DNA of 64,000 nucleotides from Batkoa obscura (Eukaryota): NCBI GenBank assembly GCA_030770535.1, contig JASVEC010000022.1, positions 682,001 to 746,000 of the forward strand, read 5' to 3'. Shown piece by piece: positions 1 to 10,214 of this stretch (position 1 is its first letter; each line of letters starts with the position of its first letter). The notes under the pieces were generated by a model. It saw only the letters and a program-made list of their open reading frames with translations, ran no database searches and was not told where the DNA came from. The position numbers and the translations under genes were made by a program.

Positions 1-1019
1 ACAATGATAACTATAGAGCTGCTAAGTTCAAACATGCTATTCAACTTTTCATTTGAAAATAAAAATTTACAAGTTATAATTATAATGATAATAATTCTCG
101 TTTTAAGTAATAAAAATTAATTCTTTATTAAAATTTTTTAATTTAGAGCTTCTATTCTAATCAATAACGCTACCTTTTTCTGTAAAAATTGGACATAATA
201 TACACTAAAAGCCTTATATATTTAATATTATTTTAAGGCAATTAGGTGTAACATCAATTCCTTTTTCTTAATCATAATAATGATTTTCTTAAAAGTTATA
301 AAATTACTTTTGCCGCTTTCTGCATACATCACATTGCAAAAATTTAGATGACTTAATCTAAATTTTTTTCTCGCCTTATTTTTAGCCAATAATAACCCAT
401 TTCTAAAAAATTGAAATCAAATTTTTTCAATTTCTTGAATACAACAGATCCCATAAAGTTAAAATTAGTTTGACTATAAAACAGAAAAAGGAGCATTATA
501 CTTTCTTTACTCTTTGTTTCTAATGTAAGTATTTTATTTCTCTATAATTTTTTAAACTATCATGATGATATCGAATGCTATCTAATTCTAAACCCAGCTC
601 AATTTGATTTCCGTCTGGTTATTTGATATTACATGTTCTTTAGACTGAGATGATGACTTTATAAACAAAATTTATTGAGATTAGTTTATTAATATTTAGC
701 TTTTTTAGATTGTGGTCATTTACATTATTTGTTTAACAAAGCGTTTTAATAAAATTGATATAATATCGTGCTTTAAAGATTATTACTCTTTCTATCCTTT
801 TATTGTAACTTTAACTTTTTTATTTATGTTTTCTTTTAAATTTCTAATAGTTTGTATAAATTGGTTGATAATATAATTGGCAGTAGGATTTTTATTAATA
901 CTTTTAATTATCAGCTATTATTTGCAGACATAACACTATACATTTTATAGGGTATATAAAAAGGCATTGGAAATCTAGAAAATTAATAACTAAAACTAAA
1001 AATAATAAACATACAAGCT

Positions 1020-2270
1020 TCAAATAGGTAAATCATCCGAAACAAATGGTGGTATAATGTTAATGAAATTATCAAAGAACCAAAGCTTATTTTCAAGTTG
1101 GTAAAATGTAGCTTGAATGACCATCCTTTCCAAACAATAAGGTAAGAATTTAATACTTAAATAAATTTTAACGTCATTTGAGTAATTCCAATTCTCAACT
1201 GGATGAAAATAGGTTTGTTCTTCTTCATCTACTTGAGCATAATCACCTAAGTGTTGTTCATCTAGCAATAATTGGAGATAGCTTTCATTAAGCACTTCGA
1301 TTTTTCGAACTATCATTCGGCAGTCCTTTTTAACAAATACAACCTTGGAGTTAAGATCACCTAAATTATCTTGGATGGTCTGTTTAGCTTCTAATAAATT
1401 AACACCCAACATGCTTTCAATCTTTTCATTATTGAAAAATGTGTTTTTTAATATCCATGAGTATTGGCCTTCAAAGTATATGGAACAAGAAATATTAAAC
1501 TTATCTATAATTAATAAGTTTAGTTTAAATACTATAACTAAATATGAATTACCTGGTAATAACAAGCTAAGCATTTTATTAATAGGCAACTGAGTATCAA
1601 TTTTATTTAACAATGCTATAGACTCATTAATATCTTGGATATACTCAGGACAAGAATTGGAAGCTATAAGGTAATTTAAAAACTTCAATATGATTTTTGG
1701 AATTAATTTAAATGATACTAAATCAATATATCTTGGCTTTAGAATAAAACACTCGCTTATAAACTGATGAATTGAATATAAAAAATCGACTTCTGGATCC
1801 AAATCATCAGCATCAACTCCAATTATTAGATTTGTCTCTTTTAGAATAGTGTTGTTTTCATTTTCTTCATTCAGGTCAATTGAATTAATAAATGGTTTAA
1901 TTCCAACTTTTACTTGTCCATGGTTTAAATAAGCATGAAATAAATTGTTTTGCTTTGGGGTCAATTTACTTTTCTTACGAAAACGTTCTATTGCTAGATA
2001 AATCCTTTCAATAAAACTTTTATTTTCACTAATTTAAATGATTAATTAGTTAAATCTAATTTGATATCTTTACTTAAAAATTTCAGGTTCTCCTTGAACA
2101 GTTATATCTAAATATCCTTCATCTATTTCCTCCTCTTCCTCTTTTTGTACTTCAGTTTCCTTTGGCTTTCTCTTTTTCTTTTTCTTTTTGTCCTCATTCA
2201 TTTTTTTCATCTTGAACTCCTCATTTGTTAGCAAGTAGTCCGGTATTTCATTTTCACTTTCTATTTCCAT
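1020..2270 (-). CDS. arb1: Argonaute siRNA chaperone (ARC) complex subunit Arb1-like protein, 3 exons
   Basis: Joining ORFs 2070-2270 and 1020-1964 across GT-AG intron 2029-2073 gives KKKKKRK...NENKSFIERIYLAIERFRKKSKLTPKQNNLFHAYLNHGQVKVGIKPF, resembling the Arb1 RIExAIxRFRxxRK...FxxYL..G.V..G.K.F block. A second in-frame 48-nt intron is predicted at 1505-1552. Confidence 0.7.
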
Positions 2271-2779
2271 CGTTGTAATTATTAAAAAGGGCTTGATGTT
2301 AATTTGTGTCTTTTTGTACTTTTATATTTTTATTTTTATTTATTCCTTTTAATTATTATTTGCTTATTTTATAAATGCAATATACATTGGTTGTAATATA
2401 TTTTATTGATAGCTTCGATATAGTCTATGAAGATATAAAATATTAAAATAACGGCGATGATGTTTTATTGTTCAATAAATTAATCAAACATAAAGCTTTA
2501 GTGATTAGTTTATTTGAATTTTAAGTTATATGAATATTTACTATATTTAGCCAATATCTACTTTGGCTTATTAATTTTTTGTTTTTATTTATTATTTTGT
2601 ATAAATTTAATTTAATTTAATTTACAAACAAAACGATTTACAAAATAAAAGGCAAAGGGATAATCACAACACATAGAATATAGATATATGTGAATATGCT
2701 AAACTTTATTAAATCTTTATACAGCTCATTTTTACACTGCTCAAGTATAATATAAACAAGTCCATCTTATATAAACCAA

Positions 2780-3439
2780 ATGGTTAAACAATATACATTA
2801 TTCCTCCCTTTATTATTAAATTCTATACTATCATTAGTATTAAATAACAACCAAAGTAAAGATCAAGACGACCTATTATTTACTCAATCATCATTAAATG
2901 GTCAAAAGGATCCATTTTTCAGTTCAAGCGATCAAGACAGTCCATTTTTTCCTTCTTCATTAAACAATCCAAATAATCTCTCTAGTTCCTTATCTAATAA
3001 CCCAAGCAGTCCATTTCCTCCAGCATTTAACAATCCAGGAAGTCCATTTCCACCAAAGTTTCAAAACCCAAATGATCCTTTTAGTAACGTACCTAACCCA
3101 TTTCCAAAAGAATATGTACCTGAAATTAAAAAAACAGATAATGAAAAGACAAAAGAAGGATTTAAAAAAGGAGTCAAAGTAGCGGGAGGTGCAACAAAAG
3201 GAGCGCTTATTGGCTTCGTTAAGGGAGTTCCTAACATAATCAAAGATCCTATTAAATTTGCCACTAAAGGTAGTGAAGTTGGTAAAAAGAAAGCAGCGGC
3301 TCCTGGAAGTATTCTTGGTGGTACGGCAGGTGCGGGTATTGGTTTATTTGCTGGGGCTGGTAATACTGTATTGGATACTGTAAAGGGATCTATTAAAGAA
3401 GCTAGTAAAGATCAAAAATCTCATATTTTCACAGGGTGA
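2780..3439 (+). CDS. Secreted glycine-zipper protein A (signal peptide, Asn/Pro/Phe repeat linker, GxxxG C-terminal domain)
   Basis: Intronless 219-aa ORF with hydrophobic N-terminus. The C-terminal GFVKGVPNIIKD...PGSILGGTAGAGIGL is shared with the two downstream ORFs. Confidence 0.8.
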   Translation: MVKQYTLFLPLLLNSILSLVLNNNQSKDQDDLLFTQSSLNGQKDPFFSSSDQDSPFFPSSLNNPNNLSSSLSNNPSSPFPPAFNNPGSPFPPKFQNPNDPFSNVPNPFPKEYVPEIKKTDNEKTKEGFKKGVKVAGGATKGALIGFVKGVPNIIKDPIKFATKGSEVGKKKAAAPGSILGGTAGAGIGLFAGAGNTVLDTVKGSIKEASKDQKSHIFTG

Positions 3440-3815
3440 TTTATTATACAAAAGAATAATAAATGAAAATGCTTGTTTTAATGTTTTTAACTTTAGTTTT
3501 TATAGTTTTAATATCCATTTTTATATAATAAACTAAGTTGAAGAGATAGAAATCTAAATTACAGTTTTATAAAGCTTATAGTAACAATAACACTGATACT
3601 TTTATTTATTATTTCTATTAAGTTATAGTTTAATAGCTTATAAACTACATTCTATGTATTTCTTATTTTATTAATTTAATGTACTATGATATTGAGATAG
3701 GAAACATTACTTTAGAATAAAAGATCAGCCAGAGTAAAGCAGATCGAGTCAAATATAAAATATATATAAAATAATTTGTAATTTATAATCTATAATCTTA
3801 AATTATCATAACGTT

Positions 3816-4409
3816 ATGCTTTTCCAACAAAGATATATTATATTTTCATTTTTATTTTTATTATTACTTAATCCAATTTATTCGGATTTAAATTATAATC
3901 GCTTTGATAGTAAAAATAATAGTAATGATAGTAATAACACCAATGACAATTTAACAAAGGCAATTGACACGAACCCATCAGGCTCTTTAAACTTGAATAA
4001 AAAACAAAAAAACAGTGAAATTAAATATAATGATCCCAAAGACCATAGTGTTGTTATACCAAATGATAATGCTGATACTAATACTGATGGTACCGCAGAT
4101 AAAAACACAGCCAAAGAAACATTAAAAATAGTATTAAATGGGGTATCTAAACTCTCAAGTTTATCAAATACTATATTAAAATTGGCTAAAGGTACAGGCT
4201 TAGGAATTGGTAAAAGTATACCTGATATAGTCAAAGATACAGTTATTCTTGCAGTTGAAGGTGGAACCCTTGGTGCTAAAGTTTGGATCCCAGGAATTGT
4301 TCTTGGCCTTGTTGGTGGTACTGCAGTTGGTCTTGTCAAAAGTGTTTATACTGCAACTAAAAATGCTAGTAAAGAATCGGCCAAAGAAATTAAAGATGAT
4401 AAAATTTAA
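3816..4409 (+). CDS. Secreted glycine-zipper protein B
   Basis: 197-aa ORF with signal-like N-terminus, Asn/Asp-rich linker and GIGKSIPDIVKD...PGIVLGLVGGTAVGL. TATA-like sequence near 3760. Confidence 0.8.
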   Translation: MLFQQRYIIFSFLFLLLLNPIYSDLNYNRFDSKNNSNDSNNTNDNLTKAIDTNPSGSLNLNKKQKNSEIKYNDPKDHSVVIPNDNADTNTDGTADKNTAKETLKIVLNGVSKLSSLSNTILKLAKGTGLGIGKSIPDIVKDTVILAVEGGTLGAKVWIPGIVLGLVGGTAVGLVKSVYTATKNASKESAKEIKDDKI

Positions 4410-4683
4410 GGTAGCTTTCTATTGGTATCTAAAATAAAACACTATTTTATACTTTGTTTATTACATTTATATACCAAATTATTTAAATGTTAGTTATTTC
4501 TTTAGTCTAGTTAGTAATTTTGTATTTAAAATAATAGTTTGGATATTTGAATAGCCTCAAAAGTGATACCTGCTTTCAAGATGAACAACTTTATTTGTTT
4601 TTTGGGCAATCCTTACTAATGGTTGCTGATCTTTTTTATAATAAGTATAAAAACAATAGTCAACAAAATTATAATGAAAAAAA

Positions 4684-5112
4684 ATGAATTTGATTTATTT
4701 ATTAAACTTTGCATTACTCTTTAATCAATTTTTTGTCTACTGTAACACGATACCCGGACTTAACAAGCAATTGGTGATATTACAAACGGAAGAGAAACTA
4801 AATGCATCTCCTAAAAACACATTAAAACGACCTATTAAGAAACCAGTTTTTAAAATGGTAATGACTCATGATTTAAAGATCATAAAGAATACTTTGTATG
4901 GGTTTGCCCGAGGGGTACCTGATTTAGTTAGAAGTGTAGTGACTGATGGTATCAATGGTGCTTTTAAAGGGATTCCATTATTCGTTCCTGGTATTGTTTT
5001 AGGTTTATTAGGTGGAATTGTTTGGGGGCTAGGTAGAGGCGTAGTCAAAACGGTTAAAAGTACAGCCGAAGGGGCAAAGGAAGGGATGGAATTTGATGAC
5101 GATTATATTTGA
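4684..5112 (+). CDS. Secreted glycine-zipper protein C
   Basis: 142-aa ORF with signal-like N-terminus and GFARGVPDLVRS...PGIVLGLLGGIVWGLGRG. Confidence 0.8.
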   Translation: MNLIYLLNFALLFNQFFVYCNTIPGLNKQLVILQTEEKLNASPKNTLKRPIKKPVFKMVMTHDLKIIKNTLYGFARGVPDLVRSVVTDGINGAFKGIPLFVPGIVLGLLGGIVWGLGRGVVKTVKSTAEGAKEGMEFDDDYI

Positions 5113-6528
5113 TCAATAAATTATAGTTTCTGTTATTTTTGTTGTTTAACGTTTATTGTTTATTATTTAGTTATAAGTCTATTTCCTATATATACGAACA
5201 TGCTTTTATTTATGAATTTTATTGTCCGTTCTCACAATTAGTGATATTTGAAAATTGGATAATAAAACAATCCTCCAGAAATGATAGTCACATGCAGATG
5301 TTTCAACTCTATTGGAATATGATCTGTGATCATTTTCAAAACCAGTTAATAGTTTACATGGTAGTTTAAAGCTTAGTTCTTAAACTTTATTTTTAAATGA
5401 ACAATTAATTAGGCTAGAATAAAGTCACAGCAACTACAGACATTTTTTTCTACACATGATAGTATTTTTTAGTAAATAAACTAAAGCAGCATTCAAAGGA
5501 ACTGTTATTTGATTACAAGTTTACAACAACTGTATTAAAAATAGTGAATAATATTAATTGTAACTTTAAGAGAGTCATCTAGAAGTGTACCCAAATAACG
5601 ATAAGTATTTAAATTCTCTTGTAGTGTAGGTTATTAAAAATAAATCTTATTGACACGAATTTAAAAGGTGATAAGTATGCTAACCATTTTTGATTTATTA
5701 TTGTTAATGAATTTAAAAAGAGTATTTTTACAACTTCAAATTAATTTTATATGGCAAAGATAGATTAAGTTTCACGAAAAATACCCAAAGTAATGAGATA
5801 AACTAGCTTTAATAGTTCTGATAAAGCTTATTATTGCTTCAATTCAGGTTGTTATCTATTTAAACTAATAAACAACTGGTATGATATTATGATAATGGAC
5901 TTTTAAAGGAGTTTGATTATTCTTTATTTCCCAAATAAGAACATTTACTAACTTATTTCTTAAATTTATTACTAAATTTTGTAAACTATAAAAAACTAAA
6001 CCAAATAAATTAAAGATAAACTGATAAAGTTATGAATTATTAGGCTATAAGGATCAAATAAATTACGATTACAATTACAATACATAGAAGAATTTAACGT
6101 TTTAATTATAATGTTTGACCACAAATAACTTATTAATTTAAAAAAACGCTTTGTTTTACAACCTTAGGATAAAATGTTGAAGTATAAAACAAAAAATGAC
6201 TTGAATGGGGTAAAAGAGGAGTTGGGTGGAAGTAGCCAAAAGCCTATAATCCTTGAAAACAAAAGAAATTCATTGGGTTGAATTATTACAATAAAAATCC
6301 GAATTTAAGAATGGGGCAAAGGAAAAAGAAAGAAACGTGAAAGAAAGGAAATGTAACAAATCAGTACAAGATTAACTAAAATTCTACTCCATTATTGGTA
6401 GTTATTTTAAAAAAATAGAAGATTCAGTTAACTAAATTGATTAGCAATATATAAAAGCATCAACTAAACAATTAAACATAAAAACTTTATTTATTTATAT
6501 TTTACTTATTACTTAGAAAACAAAAGGT

Positions 6529-7008
6529 ATGGAAGGCGAATCTAATCTAGGGTATACAATGGCATCATCGATCGATTCCGCCTTTAACAAAACACATAAA
6601 CGCAACACCTCCATCAAATCCCGTTCCAAATTATTAGACTTATTACAAACTGAAGAAGAGCAATTATATCAAGATTTTAACTATATCAATACCAACCCCT
6701 CAATTTCCCCTTCAAGTTCTTCTACCCTATTAAGTAATGAAAGCGCTGAAAATATACCTTTTGACTCCCATTTATTAAATAAGTTACATATTGACCACCA
6801 TTATTTATTACAACAGAACAAAACTTTGTCCAAAGAATTGCAGTTTGCTAAGCTTACAGCACAAGCCTTAAGAAACATATTAAATCAAAAAGAGGAGCAA
6901 CTGATGCTATTAGCACAGCAGTTGAGTAATAAGGCTTCTAACTCTGAGCTTAAAAGAGAAGGTTCCCAAAATCGAATCAAGTTACCTTTTCGCAATAGAA
7001 GTCATTAG
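6529..7008 (+). CDS. Hypothetical coiled-coil protein
   Basis: 159-aa ATG ORF, GC-richer than its flanks, with a heptad-like C-terminal half (LLQQNKTLSKELQFAKLTAQALRNILNQKEEQL). Confidence 0.6.
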   Translation: MEGESNLGYTMASSIDSAFNKTHKRNTSIKSRSKLLDLLQTEEEQLYQDFNYINTNPSISPSSSSTLLSNESAENIPFDSHLLNKLHIDHHYLLQQNKTLSKELQFAKLTAQALRNILNQKEEQLMLLAQQLSNKASNSELKREGSQNRIKLPFRNRSH

Positions 7009-7732
7009 TTTATTTTGATCTTACTTTCTCTCTCCTCTTTTTTATGATACTGGGCATCATTTTTATTAAAATATCAGACTTAATTTTTTATGTCATACGT
7101 ATCATTTATTTATGTTTTTATGTTAGGAGCAAATACTTATTGTATTATTAAATTGCCATTTTCTTGAATTAAGATTTTTTCTAAAATTATGACTTTTAAT
7201 ATTAAAAAGAATCCTGAAACTTTAATAATACCAACCCTCAGATCACTGTTTTTAATTTAGAATGGAGGGTAGTAAGAACTTTGATTTTAGATTATGGTAA
7301 TAAGCCACAATGTTAATTTTGAAATTAAAAATAAATTTTATAAAATCGAAATAGAGTATGCTGAGTTATTAGATATTCTGATTTTAAAATAATAGCTTTT
7401 ATTAGAGGTAGAAAGACACTAACTAGCTTTATTGTATTATAAAAGTTCCCATTTATTAAAAGTCAACTTATAGAAATTATAAACTTTGATTATTAGTTTT
7501 AATATATTTTCTAGACTTTCTACTTTTTATAAAATGAATATAGGGATGTCTAAATTGGTTTCATTTTTTTATTTAATTTTTAATATCTTGTATTTTAAAA
7601 ACTACTTAAAATTGTAAAAATAAATCCTTTATTAAAAAGTAGAAGTTACCTAACATAGTTTTACATTATTTTATAGTATATATTGTAAGTTAGTTGAATT
7701 TTTACTAAATTTAATATAACTTACTGGATTAG

Positions 7733-8297
7733 TGTAAATATCGCTTTGTCAGCTCTACGGTTGATTATAGTATAATAGCCATTTAAGTTGTTGTGCTCTT
7801 GAGTTCAGAGACAATCAATCCCATGCTCTTATTTTGATTTTCTATGAGAATTTTTAGCTTCATTCCAAAGGATATTGATGATGTATTTTTGTGTTTAAGA
7901 ATTTTACTAACAAATTTTCCACTCAAATACCGCTTAAAAAACGGAAAAATAACGAAACCAAAAAAACATCCCCATATTATCTTCTCGTTTTGACATTTAT
8001 ACTTGTCAGAGTATAAAAGAGATTTTATAATATAGTGGTTCGAGGCTTTTTAATGGAATTATTCTCTGATATCTCGTACACTTAATAAAGCCACTAAATT
8101 TCCTTGATAGTATTTTACATAGATATTAGATTAGCGTTGTTTATTATATTTGTCTTACATAGTCCATAACCCATTACATGCTATTCTTCATAGTTTAAAT
8201 CTATCTTAGTCACATAAACTAAGACCTTTCGACTTACAGTATAGTCAACTAGGCAATAGCTATTTTTGGCTCCAGTCATTGAGTACCAGATTTTACA
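7733..8297 (-). mobile_element. Solo-LTR-like element (~463 bp plus nested MITE), 5-bp TSD ATTAG
   Basis: TGT...ACA ends, with ATTAG at 7728-7732 and 8298-8302. The homologous empty site has a single ATTAG at 20807-20811. Reverse complement of 20986-21449. Confidence 0.8.
7875..7974 (-). mobile_element. ~100-bp MITE nested in solo LTR, TA duplication
   Basis: Filled site GGATA-[element]-TATTATC versus empty site GGATATTATC in the paralogous LTR (rc of ~21302-21311). Confidence 0.85.
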
Positions 8298-8645
8298 ATT
8301 AGCAAGGCTTTTACTAATATAACATATATATTGATATTGATCAAAGTTGTAGTATGTAAATAAATACATATTTTTATAACCTTATTAAAAAAATATTTGT
8401 TATTGACTGCTTTATAGCCAGCGTTCTAGATTTGCTATCAAATGAATGAATTATTTTAATATTATAATTATATTACTGACATACTAGCAAATCAATAAAT
8501 AGCTACATGAGAGGGAGTGGTTATTTCCGAAACTATAGTTGACCATCCTTATCTAATACAAGTAATATATAATATTTTATACTTATCATTATAATTATTT
8601 GCTTTTTTGGTTACTTATTAACTTAGCTATTAATAATTTAAATAA

Positions 8646-8742
8646 TGGGGGTGCTTTTTTTGGATTCATTACTTTTTCCATCTTCTGAGCGCTGTTTAAG
8701 CGGAAAAAGGATTAGTAGATTCTTAACAAAAATATATCCCCA
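8646..8742 (+). mobile_element. ~100-bp MITE copy
   Basis: TGGGGGTGC...ATATCCCCA with the family core TTCATTACTTTTTCCA...GCGCT. Confidence 0.75.
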
Positions 8743-9236
8743 ACACTGACACTTAACAATTAATTTTTATCATTTAATAAACTATTTGTTTTTTTAGTAG
8801 ATATTAAAACTTTTAGATTTTCTGTTATTCCTATAAAATAAACTGAAGTTAACCTTTTAATTTTTTATAGACTTCATAGCTTTAATTGCACTTATATCAC
8901 TTTTTATTTATTTATTTATCAGATACTGGATAATAGTGTAGTTTACCATTGTGTTTAACAAAATGTAGATACTTTTTAATACCTTGCATTTTATTATTAT
9001 TAATTAATATTTTTTATTTAATGTTTTAAAACTATTTTTCCATTATGAAAAATTCTTAAAATGTTTATTGACTACACTTCTTATATAATACTTAGTAAAA
9101 AAATTAAGACAAATATCTAAATTCTTAATTATTTTATAGATTCCTTTAAACATATAATATAAAAACTTTTGGGATTTAAAATGATTTTCTGTAGTACATT
9201 AATTTTTATGAACTTTTTATTTAAAAAGTTTTCAGA

Positions 9237-9336
9237 TGGTAATGTTTTTTTTGGTTTCATTACTTTTACACTTTTTAAGTGCTATTTAAGCGGAAAAATT
9301 GTTAGGAAAATCCTTAAGCAAGAAAATATATCCTCA
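9237..9336 (+). mobile_element. ~100-bp MITE copy
   Basis: Family core GGTTTCATTACTTTT...AAGTGCTATTTAAGCGGAAAA. Confidence 0.75.
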
Positions 9337-9402
9337 ATATTAAAATTTTTAAAAATTCCATCTCAAAGTTTAGTTCTAAAAACTTGTATTTTATTTTTAT
9401 AT

Positions 9403-9828
9403 CGTGGAATCTGGTACTTAATAATTAGAGTCAAAAGGTCTTAATTTGTGTAACTAAGATAAACTTGACTTATGAAGAATAGCATATAATAGGCTATGGA
9501 CTGTGTAGGACAATATAATAGGCAATACTAGCATAAAATCTACGTAAGATATTATCAAGAAGGTTGATTGGCTTTATCAAAAGTATCGGATATCAGGGAA
9601 TAATCCAATTAAAAAGCCCCGAACTATCATGTTCTAAAATCTCTTTATACTCCAACAAATACGGATATCAAAACGAGGGATAGCATCCTTCGCAATGAAG
9701 TTGAGAACTCTCGGAGCAAATCAAAATAAAAGGACTCTGAATTGGTTGTGCCTGAACTTGAGAATACAGTAACTTAAGTGATTGTTATGTTATAATCAAT
9801 TATAGAGCTGACAAAGCAATATTTCACA
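9403..9828 (+). mobile_element. Solo-LTR-like element, more diverged copy with internal deletion
   Basis: Begins (C)GTGGAATCTGGTACT and ends GACAAAGCAATATTTCACA, homologous to 20986-21449. Flanks share ATAT. Homologous empty site near 22000-22010. Confidence 0.7.
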
Positions 9829-9877
9829 ATATTAATAAGAAATAAAGTTAAATAACTACATATTCATGTATCATATA

Positions 9878-9972
9878 TGAAAGTGTTTTTTTGGTTTCAT
9901 CACTTTTTCCATTTTTTTAAGCATTATTTAAGTAGAAGTTAGTAAAATTGTTAAATAAAAAAATGCATCCCA
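9878..9972 (+). mobile_element. ~100-bp MITE copy
   Basis: Family core, ends CATCCCA|TA. Confidence 0.7.
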
Positions 9973-10114
9973 TATTTTGCTTTTATCAATTTATTAGTAG
10001 GTTTTAATTTTGAAATTTTGATATTACTAATAAAATTGATAGTTTTCCAGTTGAAAAATTAAACTAACCCTAATTGTTGATACAAATTTACTAATTTGAA
10101 TGCAAAATGCTATC

Positions 10115-10214
10115 TGGGGAGGTACTTTTTGTTTGAAAGTTTTACTAGTAGCCTTTCTGCTCAAATAGCGCTTAAAAATGGAAAAAGTGATGAAATCAAA
10201 AATACATTCCTGCA
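10115..10214 (-). mobile_element. ~100-bp MITE copy
   Basis: Reverse-orientation core CTCAAATAGCGCTTAAAAATGGAAAAAGTGATGAAA. Confidence 0.7.

Larger units (their letters stand above)
7541..9870. mobile_element. Degenerate non-autonomous TIR element (copy 1) carrying nested insertions; right end not resolved
   Basis: Starts TA|TAGGGATGTCTAAATTGGTTTC. Collinear blocks match 20619-22214 (7541-7730, 8298-8475, ~9350-9400, ~9830-9865). Confidence 0.65.

Noticed and set aside
3061..5048. Antisense ORFs 3061-3264, 3893-4339 and 4866-5048
   Set aside because: Shadow frames of the Gly-rich sense genes.
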